The position numbers were made by a program, and so were the translations under genes. 64,000 nt of DNA from Vicugna vicugna (taxonomy: Eukaryota): the NCBI GenBank assembly GCA_013265495.1, contig MU058221.1, positions 5,688,066 through 5,752,065 on the forward strand. Reading direction: 5' to 3'. The notes beneath the pieces are model-generated. The model had not been told where the DNA came from and made no database searches. It saw only the letters and a list, made by a program, of their open reading frames with translations. Positions 13,085 to 26,153 of this stretch are shown piece by piece; the first letter of the stretch is position 1; the number at the start of each line of letters is the position of its first letter.

Positions 13085-13928
13085 GGCAGCTGCCTTCAGG
13101 GTCCCCGGGGAGCTGCCTTTGTTTTCTCCATGTTCTCTGGGGTCTGGGCTCTTCCTGCATCCCTGGTGGGGCCCCGGGTGGGAGTCACATTCATATGAAC
13201 AGAGTACACAGGGCCATGGGTTTGTGATAGCCAGCCACAGGGCTGCCCTCTGAAAACAGCCCCGGGCAAAGTTCAGGCCTGGGCCCACGGCCAGGAGGCA
13301 GTCCACACTTCGGTTGCCCTCTCTCTACAGTACAGATGACAAAATGGCCCGGTGGGCAGGTAACATTAGTCAATGAGCAGAATTTTACTAAAAATAGGCA
13401 AGGCTGGGTGCTGGGGAGACAACAAGGAGGCAAAAGCACTTGGAGGTTATGATCCAGTTCTTATTAATAATGTAATGATAAAAAGAAACTACCATTTATG
13501 GAGCACTTAGCATACCCGCCAGCATGCTAAGCACTTTACAAGCATTGTCTCATTTTAGCTTCACAGCAGGCCTTTGGACGTAAACAATGTGCCCTGGGTC
13601 AGAAAACTAGAAGGTAACAGAAGAGGGCAGATAAGATATGTGCACGTAAAAAGAAAAAAAGGGAGAAACGGCAGAACTGAGGATAGCATGTGTTTTGGAC
13701 ATGATTTAGCAGGAGAAGCAACTGTGGGAAAATCTGTAAAATAGGGACAAAGTTAGTTCCAACCTCATGGGTTGCTCTGAAGCCTAAAACAGCTAATGTT
13801 TCGAAAGAATGTTTTTCTTAAATGTCTAGCATACCTAAATATTAGGTATTCTAATTATTATTAAAATGGGTAGGGTAGAGAGCCAGAACCTTCCAGATGG
13901 GAAGATTACCTAAAGAAGAGATTCAAGA

Positions 13929-14126
13929 TAAACCACAGATTCATACTGTATAGCACAGGGAACCATATTCAATATCTTGTAGCAACATGATGAAAAAGAA
14001 TATGAAAATGAATATATGTGTGTTTCTATATGACTGAAGCATTGTGCTGTACACCAGAAATTAACACAACATTGTAAACTGACTATACCTCAATAAACAT
14101 ATATATACAAAAAAATAAGTAAAAAA
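13929..14126 (+). mobile_element. 5'-truncated L1 3' end with 18-bp TSD
   Basis: TSD TAAAGAAGAGATTCAAGA at 13911-13928 and 14127-14144; A-rich tail. Confidence 0.9.
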
Positions 14127-14154
14127 TAAAGAAGAGATTCAAGAGTAGGTATAT

Positions 14155-14912
14155 ATATAAATATATATTATTAAAATACAGTTGATTTACAATATTGTGT
14201 GTTTCAGGTGGACAGCAAAGTGATTCAGTTATACGCATATATTCTTTTTTCAGATTCTTTTCCCTTATAGGTTATTACAAGATATTGAATATAGTTCCCT
14301 GTGCTATATAGTAAATCTTCATTTTTTATCTATTTTATATATAACAGTGTACATCTTTTAATCCCATACTCTTAATTTATCCCTCACTCTATTTTTCCCA
14401 TTGGTAACCAAAATTTTGTTTTCTGTTTGTGAGTCTGTTTCTATTTTGTAAATAAGTTCATTTGTGAAGCTCGTTAATATTTTAGATCTGCATGTAAGTG
14501 CTATCATATGATATTTGTCTTTCTCTGATTAACTTCACATAGTATGATAATCTCTAGGTCCGTCCATGTTGCCGCAAATGGCATTATTTCATTCTTTTTT
14601 GTGGGTGCAGTATTCCATGGTGTGTCTATATATAAATACCACGTCTTCTTTATCCGCTTGTCTGTTGATGGACATTTATTTTGCTTCCATGTCTTGGCTA
14701 TTGTGAATAGTGCTGTTATGAACATTGGGTGCATGTGTCTTTCTGAATTTGAGTCTTCATCTTTTCTGGATATATGTCCAGGAGTGGGATTGCTGGATCA
14801 TATGGTAACTCTATTTTTGGTTTTTTAAGAAACCTCCATAATGTTTTCCATAATAGCTGCACCGATTTATATTCCCACCAGCAGTGTAGGAGGGCTCCAT
14901 TTTCTCCACAAG
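14155..14912 (-). mobile_element. 5'-truncated L1 (ORF2 C-terminus + 3'UTR) with 12-bp TSD
   Basis: Minus-strand [28 protein letters not shown]...[13 protein letters not shown] is the L1 ORF2 C-terminus; TSD GAGTAGGTATAT at 14143 and 14913. Confidence 0.92.
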
Positions 14913-16019
14913 GAGTAGGTATATTCTATTCTGGATTCAGGCGTTTACACTGAACACGGAGATGAAGAAAACAGATAGATGTGTGGCTAAATAAAATAAA
15001 AGGCACTGGGAAAGTATCCCGTGGTCTCCTGAGCTACAGGGTGCTTATAGTTGCTGAGGGACAGGTGGGTAGAAGGCAGATGTCACAGTTTCCTGGCCCT
15101 TCCCTACCTCCCTCACCCTCAGCCAATCTGTGTTGAGCTGTTTTGCCCACAAGACCTCATCATGGGATTAAGTCTGAAAAAAAGCTTTGTCCCTCTGAGC
15201 CTCACTTAGGCTCATGACAATACCAGAAAGGGAAGTGCAGAAATCTCCCATTTTGCAGATAAGGAAACTGAGGCCCAGAACTCTTGCTTGAGGACTGGTC
15301 AGTGGCAGAGTGGGGATGCAAACCCTGTGGCATGGTACCAGGTTATTAAACTTTGCTTCAATCAAGAGACCTATCTGTAATCAGGAGGGCTGGGATGTAA
15401 GTTCAGGAGCAGAGGGAGGTGGCTCTCCAGGCTGTGAGTGGGACAGGTAGACTTGGGGTTGCCTTTGTGAAGCAGCCTACTGGGGACAGCGTCTTCCACG
15501 GCCTCCTTGCTGAGCCCCCTTCGCCCTTACCCAGGTGCCCCTCATCCTGAGCTTCCTCCGTGCCCTGGCTTCCCCTGGAAGCCGGTAGGAAGGACAGCAA
15601 GCTATTCATTCCTGGGTTCAGCTGTCACCACGCGCTGCCCATGGGCAGGTTACTGAACCTCCCTACCCGCCATCTGTCACATAAGGGCGGTTTTCTTGTA
15701 TTTCCCTTGCTTCGCGCTAAGAATACCGGTGTCTATAAAGCAAGTGGCACACAGTGCTTACCAAATTCTTGTGCTTTCGCCGCACCGCAGCCTGCTAAGC
15801 CCCCGCTTCATCATCCCCCCACTGTCCCTCTAACTGCAGAATCCTCTGCCTCTGGCTCCTTCCTGCAAACATCGCTCCATCAGATGAGAAAATGCAACTC
15901 AGATGGAAGCCAATGGATCCAAACTCAGTCGTAGCAACTAACATTGAGAACGCTGTTATCTACCAGGCTGGCGGAAAGTGCTTTAAGTACATTTTCCTCA
16001 CACTAATCCTGCAGTTTGC

Positions 16020-16360
16020 CGAGGTTTCAGAGACGGTGAGCAACTTGCCCGTGGTCACGCAGGAATCCGGTGTCAGAGCAGGACCCAGCCATCTGACTCC
16101 CGAGCCCCATCAGAGACCCCTCCCCAGCGCCTGCGCCCCGCCGTCCGGCCCCTTGAGAAGCAAACCCGGGCGCCCCGACTTCTCCCCCAGCGAGGACCGA
16201 GCAGGGGAGGCGTCCGGACTGGCCCGGGGCGCGTGCGCCCCCTGGGGGAGCCGGCGGGGAGGGCCCGAAAAATGCCACCGCGGCGGGTGGGGAGGAAGGG
16301 CGAGGCTTGGGGGACCCGCCGTCTTCAGCAGGAGCTTGGCTCTTCGCGAGGGCTGGTAAA
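16020..16360. promoter_or_regulatory. Orphan CpG island (raised CpG extends about 15540-16520)
   Basis: Dense CpG/GC tract about 19 kb upstream of KDM3A with no coding exon; CTCF-like GCGCCCCCTGGGGG at ~16235. Confidence 0.7.
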
Positions 16361-16891
16361 TCAGACAAGTCCCCAAGTTAAACCCAAGCTGAAACCCGAC
16401 TGTTCCAACACTTACGCCCTGTGAGGATCCCGAATGAATCGGGAACAGGTGGGTGAGAATTTCAAAACAGGGGAGGTGCCCGGAGGAGCCCACTCCACAA
16501 ACGGCAGTCCCCGGTGCTGGGCAGCTGGCATCAGCTTCACTCCTGGGCTGCTCAGAGGCACACAGGGGAGGTGAAAAGTGTTGATGTCCAACTCAGAGAG
16601 TGTCCAAACTTGAAGGAGTAGGGCAATCAATTGTTACAGAGGAGGAAATGTCAAGGATGGAGGACCACTCGATCCTCAAAAGGATTCCTGCTTTGGATAC
16701 AAAATTGGAACTAACAGAAAATTCTGAAGTTTCTTTCATTGAAATTTCTGTGTCAGGAATCTGTGATTCTATGAGGGGAGCTGCTCTGAGGAAAAGTGCA
16801 TCTTGGGAGTCTTCCCACAGCTGGGGTTAATCTGAGGATGACAAAAGCGCGTTTGGAGGGAATATGGAGAAAGACCTGGGTAGGCTAGCCT

Positions 16892-17085
16892 AGTGGTTCA
16901 CAAATTGTGGTCCCCAACCAGCATCTTCCACATCACCTGGGAACTTGTTAAAAATGCAGATCTGGGGGGCCCACCCCACGTCTGTTGAATAAGAAACAAT
17001 AGGAACCTGTGTTTTAACAAGCCTCCCTCGCCCCCCGCCACCTCCACCCCGGGATTCTGATGCAAGCTACAGTTTGAGAACTATT
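16892..17085. mobile_element. MER5A-like hAT-Charlie MITE
   Basis: agtggttcacaaa...catcacctgggaacttgttaaaaatgcag...gattctgatgc...agtttgagaacta. Confidence 0.8.
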
Positions 17086-17159
17086 TGTCTAGAGTTTGTC
17101 TTAACACCAGATGTTCTTGTCCCCTGAAGGCTGGTTACATAGTATTGATTTTGTTACTG

Positions 17160-17260
17160 TTTTTTAAAAATTTATTTTTTATTGAAGTGTAGTTGATTTA
17201 CGATGTTAGTTTCGGTGCACAGCAAAACAATTCAGTTATACATATACATACATACATACA

Positions 17261-17291
<31 letters not shown>

Positions 17292-17300
17292 TCCTTTTCA
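17160..17300 (-). mobile_element. L1 3' end fragment with an expanded (CATA)n microsatellite (17245-17290)
   Basis: tttttattgaagtgtagttgatttacgatgttagtttc...ttcagttatacat, then (CATA)n. Confidence 0.8.
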
Positions 17301-18647
17301 CACAGATTCAATGCAACCCCTATCAAATCACATGTCAAATTAGAGGTTGTACAGTTTCCACTTTTTCAGCTTTGTTAAGGTATGTTTTATGGCCCAGAAT
17401 GTGGTCTATCTTGGTGAATATAATACATTTTTAATTTTATATTATGTGGAGAGAATAGTATAATATTATGTGAAGAGAAGAGCTTCAACAGTTATCCACA
17501 CATGGCCAGTCTTACTTCATCATTGATTTCTTCCAGCCATTTTAAAGCAAATTTTAGTCACTAAATTATGTTATCCATAAATGCTTCAATATATAGTACA
17601 ATGGAGTAATCACCTTTGAGAATGTGGTCCTTTGGAGTTCAACAAAATCAGCCTATGCCCTGCACCCTCGCCCTTGGCCAAAGTTAAAGGAATCTAATTT
17701 GGCTCATTGCACTGAGAAGGCTCCGGAGGCTGATGTGAACATGCCTTTAGGCAGCTACTTTGGACGGGCACAGGGACAGTGTTGCAGCTGGCAGTCTGGA
17801 TCCAGCCGTTACCACTTTTAAGCCACGTGAACCTGATCAAGGTCTTTAACTTCTGGAGCCATGTCTTGGTTTTCCTTTCTGATTAAATGGAGATCATAAA
17901 ACCTCCTTCACCAGATTGTTATGAAGCTTAACTAAGACAGTAGAAGTGAAAACCACGTAAGTCATTATTATCCTGGTTCACGCAGCAACAAAACCGTGTT
18001 AAAGTTGGAGATTTTTCAGTTAGCCTTTGGTACCAGGGCTATTTTGCACACAGGAAGTCCTGTGCCCTTTAGAGAAGAGAGTCCGGAGATCCCCATGAAA
18101 TCACAAGTCCCCGGGCACCAATTCTCAGAACAAGGCTGAGTTTGGGCCACGATAGAGACTGAACCTTCAACATGGGACACTAGGCAACCCAAACTGTCCC
18201 CCAGATGAACTAGGTATCATTTGATCCACTGAGTCATAAAACTGAAACAGCACTCAGTATACCCTGGAAATGGTATACAAAACACAAGACTCCAACAGGC
18301 CTAAAAGCCCTAGCAAACTGCATGAGCGGGCGAGCCACGCTCCCACGGTTCTCGCTTCTACTGTTTTACCATCTCCTTCTCTCAGCCCACGTGGAGGGCC
18401 TCATGGGGAACTATGACTGTGGACAGAAGAAGAAAAAGTGCAGGCTTAGTTTGCAGACGGGCTTGTACGCTATATCCTCAGGTGAACATCTGCTGTTTTA
18501 CATCTTCCTTCAGAGGCAAGTCTAAGAGACAGGGGTGAAGGGAAACCCTCACAACAGGCTCTGCTGTAAGTGGTGTATCTGCTGTCCACTTAGTGCAGGA
18601 GGGCCAGCCTGGGGTATGTAGGTATCAATGTGTCGTCAATGGTTCAT

Positions 18648-18789
18648 GGGGGGAGGGTACAGCTCAGGGGTAGAGCACGTGCTTAGCACGCACAAGGTCC
18701 TGGGTTCAATCCCCAGTACCTCCACTTAAATAAACAAATAAGTAAAGCTAATTACCCTCCCCCACCCCCACAAAAACCACACTATAGTG
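18648..18789 (+). mobile_element. tRNA-derived SINE (camelid Vic-1-like)
   Basis: ggggagggtacagctcaggggtagagcacgtgcttagcacgcacaaggtcctgggttcaatccccagtacc; TSD AATGGTTCATGGG at 18638 and 18790. Confidence 0.9.
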
Positions 18790-19497
18790 AATGGTTCATG
18801 GGTTTGAAGATGGTCATCGACTTGAAAAGGACAAAATTGTAAGAATGGCGACAAGAAGATCTGGGCCTCTGCCCTTCCCTCATTGCCTTCCCCTTCTTCC
18901 CCTCTATAACTCTGGTCCTCCCTCTGTCCCCAACATTGTTTTCTTGTTCATGCTCCTCATCATTGTAGCTTCTGCAACCTTCACAGAACAAACCAACCAA
19001 ATTGCCACCAACACCACCCTACACCCCTAAACAGGAGGACCACTCCCTCCACATGGATGAGCCCCCAGAAGTTGGATTTGCCTGAGACGTTAGCCCTGTA
19101 ACTCTCCTGATTCTGGAAAACATGAGGTGTACTATCAGAAATGAAGTGTTGTGTTCTGTTCCATCGCAGGAGCAGTTCATAATCCACAAAGCAGGGTACA
19201 GGAGCATGGAGCCAGGCTTGGTTCTGAATTCAGATCTAGATATTAGCTGTGTGGCCTTGAGCTTCACTTCTCGAAGCCTCCAGCTCACTGTGAAATGGGG
19301 ACAATATCTACCTGACAGTATTCTGTGGGAAGAGAATGAGACAGGCCATCACACAACACAAAACCCAGTCCTGGGAAAATAGAAGTTCAAAAATAGCAAA
19401 TTTTCTTCCATGTCTTGTACATAATGCTAGGTGTGTTCCCTAAAGAACTTGGCTTTGGCAATTTGGCCTTTGACTACTTCTATGTTTCCAGACAATG

Positions 19498-19499
<2 letters not shown>

Positions 19500-19532
<33 letters not shown>
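19500..19532. repeat. (GT)16 microsatellite
   Basis: Direct reading. Confidence 0.95.
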
Positions 19533-19534
<2 letters not shown>

Positions 19535-20208
19535 CGCGTGCGTGCGCACGCAAATGTATGCATACACGTGCGTACTCTCCAGTTCTGCTAAAGGGAGAAT
19601 GCCAAAGTCAGTCTGTTATGTATGTGAATGTGTTTGTGTGCATTTACATGCTTATCTTGGAGATTCCAAGGAAATGAAGCAGTTAAACGACTCAGATAAC
19701 TGTTAGTTTTTAATGCAGATCTTCCTTAAGACTTCATTCTATGCTTGCTTTAGATTCCATGAAGCATAAATCAATACAAGATATGGTTTCTGCCTACAAG
19801 GATTTACTAGTCAAGACTCTTCAAACTAGCTTAAGTATGCAGGAGAAATATATCAGCTCAAGTAGAAAGACTGCAGAAAAATTAGGAGTAGATCTACCTT
19901 CAGGTTCAGCTAGATCCAGGGCTTAAACTCTGCCAGAACTCTTTTCCTGTGTTTGAGTCTCCTTTTTCTCTCTCAGTTCTAGCCTTTTCTCTTAGATATA
20001 CTCCTCTATTGGGTAGGTGAAGTGACCGCAGGCAGTCTCAACCTCACATCCTCAGGGCATACAACCAGAGAGGACACAGGGCCCTTTTCTCCAAGTTTTA
20101 ATGAGAAAAATCCTATAGAAAACTCTGATTGTTCAGGCTTAAGTTATGCATTCATTGCTGGTCCAGTCATTATGCCTTAGAAATTAATGATTGGCCTGTA
20201 CTACCTAC

Positions 20209-20900
20209 TGTGATATTGTGATTTATGAGAAACATGTATTTCTCATAAATATTTATCATTCATCTGAATGACCAAATACATATTTCTCATAACTATTTGG
20301 TCTTTATCCACAGTTCTTGGCTCACAGCTCCTTGAACTGTCAGAATTTTCTAAGTGTTGAGAACGATAAAGTTGTCTTTCGTTATGTGAATGAGATAATT
20401 TTTTAGAAGCACCTATGGCTGGGGGCTGATTGCCAGGGGAACTAACCAGACGATTAGAGGGTTAGAATTTTCAGTCCTTTCCTATTATGTGACCTCAGGG
20501 GAGGAGAGAGGGCCTGGAAGTTGAATCAGTTATCATTCACCAATGATTTAGCCAATCAAGACTAGGTAATGAAGCCTCTATAAAAACCCAAAAGGATAGC
20601 TTTTTTTCCCTTTTCAGAGAGCTTCCACCTTGGGGAAACAGAACACTTCTGAGTGCTACCATCCTGGGTCCCAAGCTCCAAGAGGACATAAGCTCCTTTG
20701 TTTGGGACCTCACCCTGTGTATCTCTTCATCTGGCTGTTGCTTCACAGCCTTTAATATCCGTTTATAATAAGTTGGTGATCTAGTAAGTAAACTAGTTTT
20801 CTTGAAACCTGTGAGCCATTCTAGCAAATTAATTGAATCCAGAGATGGGGAAGTGGGAACCTCTGATTTATATAGCCAGTCAGTAGCCCACTTCTTGAGT
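20209..20900. mobile_element. ERV LTR, MER21-like
   Basis: tgtgatattgtgattt...ttcttggctcacagctcc...gattagagggttagaattttcag...caatgatttagccaatca...gtgagccattctagcaaattaattgaa. Confidence 0.7.
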
Positions 20901-23900
20901 TCAATCATTTGCCCCCCTCTTGAGGAGGCATGGAACAGGAGAGCGGCAGAGCCCTGGCTCAGATGACCGATGACCAGACAGGCTCCAGGGACACCAGTTT
21001 CATGCACCAGAGTAAGGTCCTCAGACTATGACACAACCTTGCAGGTGGGGACCCCGGCCAGGACTTGAGTTAGATTCTTCCACTAGGCTGGACATGGAAT
21101 TTAAGGTGAGTTATAAAAAGTAAAGAAGCTTTGATTTCTTACATACTTGTGCTTACGGACAGATTCACAACCACTTGCATGCTTAAGATATTTTTTTTCA
21201 GGAGCGTGAGGACCAAGAACGTGAACATCAGCTTGAAATAATCCCTGGTGCACTGCCTGCCTGTAGTTGTGGCCCTGCCTCGGTGGCTGCACCCGGACAT
21301 GCCGCTCCCAAGCTCAGTGATGGTGTCAGTTAAATCCATGCCCCTCAGCTGACGCACAGCAGACTCTCCACAGCCAGAAAGGCACTCATTCCAGGAGGAG
21401 AGACTTGTTTTCCTTACTGTTATTTTTAAAAATCTCTTAAGTAGTGCAGGAGCACGTGAAATCCATTAAGAGAAGCCAGAGGGCGGGACAGCTGTAGCCA
21501 GAGCTGAAAAGAAATCTCGCCAGTTTATGGTGACAATTTTTGCAGAAGCGTTCAACCTCCCACCAACCTCTTGATGACCCCTTTGAAAACAAACAGTAAA
21601 AAGTAGAAGTTAAGAAAAGAAGATATGATAAAACTATAAAGATAAAGTTACTTTTCTTTAAAGGGGATAAAGAAATAAAATGAAAAGATAGGGAAAGAAC
21701 CATGGTTCAAATTAATGAAACAAATTCAGAACAAAGACAGAAGCTTAATAATTCATGTGGTGAAATCAATGACACAGTTATTATTTTAAGGAATTTAAAA
21801 TAATGTAAACTACAAAAATAAATACCAACAAAAAGGTCCAAAATAACCTTTAAATAAATCCCAGAGCTAATATAATGTGTTCAGATAAAAAGGAGACTAA
21901 GAGCTTAAAGAATAGAAATTATAAAATAAATAAAAATAAGGGAGCTAGCTAATTTAAAATGTAAAGAGTTGGGAAAAAAATAACACAGATTGGAACCAGT
22001 AAAACCAGAAGATCAAAAATATTGAAGATAAAATAATGACTGCTAAAGTTTAGCAGGGCTAAAAAAAGAAAAAGACAAAAGGGAGGGAAAAAGCAACAAA
22101 AAAGATTAAAAATGGAATACAGTGTTAGAAAGGTTAAGTATTTTTTTAAATTGCACACAAGATAAAAGTTTAAAAAGGAAACATTTAAAGCAAAACCAAT
22201 ATGAAAAGATTAAAAAGATAAAATTAGAAAACTGATAAAGCCTTGAGAGGTGAAAAAAATAATACCATTTAAAATAAAATAAGTCAGAATTGAAAAAGCA
22301 AAGTAAGACAATACAAAAGTACAAAGGTAAAAATATTTCAGACTAAACCCTTAAAAAGGAAATACAGACTCACAAAAAACAGTTAAGGGTGAGTGTTTAA
22401 GAAGGACCTTAGGGCTGAAGCAGTCCCATAAGGAGGTGTTGTGGCAGGGCGGGGGGACACAGAAAAAGGAAGCAGGATCCCTGTCCTCTGTCCCCAGCTC
22501 CCAGTGGGAGCCCCTGGAAGGCTGCTCTGGGGGAGAAACCACACTGCAACAGTAGACAGCTGGCTGCCAAATCTGTCAAACCAACTGGGCAGCCAGGAGG
22601 CCCCTCTCAGCCCCTTGCTGGCGCCCAGTCACAGCTGCAGGCATCAGTAATGGTCTATGGCAGAGTCAGGGACCTTTTTACACCCAGGGTCACAAACAGT
22701 ATAAGACAAGGCACACTGTAATTTTCCTCATTCTTCAAAGAAAAGTACTATTTTAAAATTAATTTCATAAATACTGCAGTGGAATATGTATACATAAAAA
22801 TAAGCATAACTTAACATCTTTTCTTTCATAAAAATATTATGTATGTATATATATTTTTTATCTTGTCTTCATGAACAACCCCGTGTGGGAGGCATTACTG
22901 GAGCAATTTTATCTGTGAAGAAACTGAGCCCCATAGAGATGAGATAATACGCTCAGTCATCCAGTTAGTGATGGAGCCAGGGCACAAATCAGGGCTCGTG
23001 AGTCAAAGCTCTGGTTCTTTCCACCGTACAACTGCCTCTCCTGTGTCTGCTGCTCTACCAGCACAATTCAGAACCTCCAACAGCACTGTTACTAACACCA
23101 CAAGAAACAGCCCTCACCCCAGAAAACTCTCAGCAGCCAACAGGTCTCTGTGAGAGACGTATCTGATGGCAAACATAAAGATTCGAGAGGGTGAGACTCA
23201 GAAGCACAACCGATTGGTGGTGGGTATTTTGTCATATAGATGGCAAAGCTTTGCAGACTCTTAGAACCACCTTCCAGATCCTCTGCCAAAGGCAGAGCCA
23301 TCAAATTCGATTTACATTTATTTCACAGGTCATCAGTATTTCATTGGTCTCTTTAATTGTTGTTTATTTAGATCTGTAATTTCTCAGATACCCAATTAGA
23401 AGATAGAGATGCAAAAAATAAAAAAGAGGTTATTTTAAGGTTATTCTTTGTTTTCTTTCAGTACCTTTATGGTTTTACCTCTTCCTGCTTAAATCTTTGA
23501 CCTTCTGGTGTCAGGTGTGGGATAGGGAATTCAACTTGACCTTTTCTCAGATGACTATTCAGTTTTGCTGTGCAATCATTTGTCTTGTTTGTGGCCACCT
23601 GGTGTCATTTGAATCCCATGTCTCTATCTGGGGATAGTCTCATTATGTATTCTGCCTCCTCATGTTAAAAGCCAAAATTTAATCTCCCAGCTTCTCTTAT
23701 GGCCAGGAAAGAGGCAAAAGACCTAGGTTTCGGTAACCAGGCATGCACAACTAAGGTCTTGATTTGGGAAAGAGTATAATGAAGAGACAGTTTCCACCTG
23801 AATGTAATTCCTGAACAGCATGATGACGTGCAGCAGAGAGACATGGCAAAGTCAGAAGCAGCAACAGCACATCTATGGTGGAAAGAATGGTGCCAGCACC

Positions 23901-24189
23901 AGAAACGGTGCAATCATTCCTTTGGGCAGTTGGCCAGGCTAATTCAGTTTCCAAATGCTTCACCTCAAAGCTTAACCTTCTGACCCTTTTGGAAAAGCTT
24001 TATTCTATTTCATATTGCTTCATACATTTATTTTTTTGTTAAAAACTATCTCAAATGGTCTCTACAGCTGCAAAATAGAACCCCAGTTAACATACGTGCT
24101 GATACCATGTATTGAATATTTCACTTTCTCTTACCTAAGCTGAATAGTGCCTTTGATGAAATCTGCTTCTGAAAAGGTGGAGTATTAGC

Positions 24190-26142
24190 GACAATATTTA
24201 ATCCATCCTGCTTGAAACAAATTTTTTAAAAAACAGACAAACTATATGAAACAACGGGTCACAGACAGAACATTTGGTGGCACAGAACTGACAGTAGGAA
24301 AGCAAATGAGGTGAGCCCTGCAACTGCCCCAGCTTACTTTCCTGAGAGATTTTTCTGGTTATAGTGGGAACCCAGACAGAGCTCAGAGGTCTCCTTAAGT
24401 TGAACAGATAGATTTGGAAGACTGGGGGGGCCAAGGAAGCTTGAGTCCACAAGGCAGAGTACCGGAGAGGAAAGAACTGCACGAAGAAAAATTTCTGGAT
24501 AAATGTAAGAGGTTCACTTTGAGCGGTTAGCTAAATGCTCATTAGAGCATCTGAGTAAGCGAACTACCATGCTAGGGTAATAACTGTCTGACAGTAATGC
24601 AATCTCCAGAGCTCACAGAGAAGCAGAAATGGTCCATGGTTGTACCAGGCAGGGTAGCATTCATCAGAGGGGCAAAATCAACCTTAGGCTAATTGCCTCA
24701 ACAGTGTGGTAGAATTAGTCCTAGTGTAAGGGCTGCTTGTCCCATTTAACAAAATTCAAAAGCACACCTCAAAAGGAAAAACTGTTTCCAAGTAGCTTAA
24801 CGGCATTCCATAACAAAGCTCAGTAATATTTGTAGCAATTCAAAAATATCCAGCATCCAGCAGAGCAAAATTTACGTCTGGTATCTGACCAAAAGCTATC
24901 AGACATACTGCCCAGAGTGAGGAGAAAAACCAATCAATTGAAACAGACCCAGAAATGTCACAGATGATAGAATTAGTAAATAAGGCCATTGAAACAGTTA
25001 TTATCAATATATCGCATATGACCAAGAAAGTACAGGGAAGCAGGAATGTGTGAAGGAGAGACATGGAAAATACACAAAAGACCCAAATTAAACCTCTAGA
25101 GATAATAAAAAAATCAATGTCTGACATGAAAAAATACAATGGAAGATACTGGCAGCAGATTAGACATTGCAGAAGAAAAAATTAGTAAGCTTAAAGACAT
25201 AGCAATAAAAACTATCCAAAATAAAATACACAGAGTTAAAAAAAAAAAAACAAACAGAAAACCAATTTAACAGGACAACTTCAGGTGGCCTAATATATGT
25301 ACAATTAGAGAAGGGGAAGGAGAGACGATAGAAGAGAAAACAAAAAATATTTGAAGTAAGGGCCAAAGTTTTTTTTTTCCAAATGATTTGACAATTATAA
25401 ACTTTTAGACCCAAGAAGCTCAACCATTTTAAGTATAAGAACATGAAGAAAACCATCTCAAGGTACATCATAATCAAATTGCTTAAACTCCCTAGGAGAG
25501 CCTCACTACAAGTACTGTTAAAGGAATTCTTACAGGCAGGAAGAAAATGATAGAAATCTGGGTCTACTTAAAGGAATGAAAAACACCAGAAATGGTAACT
25601 ACGTGGATAAACATATAAATCTTTTTCCTTGTCATCGTAATCTCTCTAATAGAAACTGACTTTGAACAAATATAATGAGAACCCATTTTGGAGCTTATGA
25701 CATATATACAAGTAAAATGCATGAAGGTCAAACTATATAAAGGACTGAAAATGGCAGAGTAGGGGAGTTTAAAATTCTGTTCCTGTTTTAAGCAATGATT
25801 AAGTTGGCAGAAACTGTTGGAATCAACTTTCACAGAACTCTAGAACATGATAGAAACTTACGGTGATCAGGGGAGCACTACATAAAGAAAGAAGCTGCTA
25901 AATTTTTGTAATAGAGCATCGTGGCATTTTAACTTACCTACCTACATCCCCCATCCCTCAGACCAGAAGCAGCCACAAAATAAATCTCAATAAATTTTAA
26001 AATACTGAAACCATGCAAAGGATCTTCTCTGACCACAATAGAATAAAACCATAAGCCATTAACATAAGGAAAACAGGAAAACTCACCAAGTAGAAGTCAA
26101 ACAACACTCTTAGCCAATGGGTCAAAGAAGAAATCACAAGGG
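24190..26142 (+). mobile_element. Old L1 5'UTR/ORF1 and ORF2 fragments with internal deletions
   Basis: ORF1-like cagattagacattgcagaagaaaaaattagtaagcttaaagacatagcaataaaaactatcc; ORF2-like ttctctgaccacaatagaataaaa...caatgggtcaaagaagaaatcacaaggga. Confidence 0.8.
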
Positions 26143-26153
26143 AGGAGTCTTAG

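Noticed and set aside
14504..14828. ORFs of 76 and 94 aa
   Set aside because: These are an L1 ORF2 C-terminal remnant and its antisense frame, not a host gene.
15892..16493. ORFs of 113-155 aa over the orphan CpG island
   Set aside because: GC-driven open frames partly built from MIR sequence, with no recognisable domain.
18648..18725. tRNA-like sequences with A and B boxes (also at 7065 and 53750)
   Set aside because: Each continues into a shared SINE body and A-rich tail, two with clear TSDs, so these are SINE heads rather than tRNA genes.
21600..22360. Very A-rich stretch with Phe/Leu-rich minus-strand ORFs resembling membrane peptides
   Set aside because: Compositional artefact of a degraded A-rich L1/HAL1-like relic.
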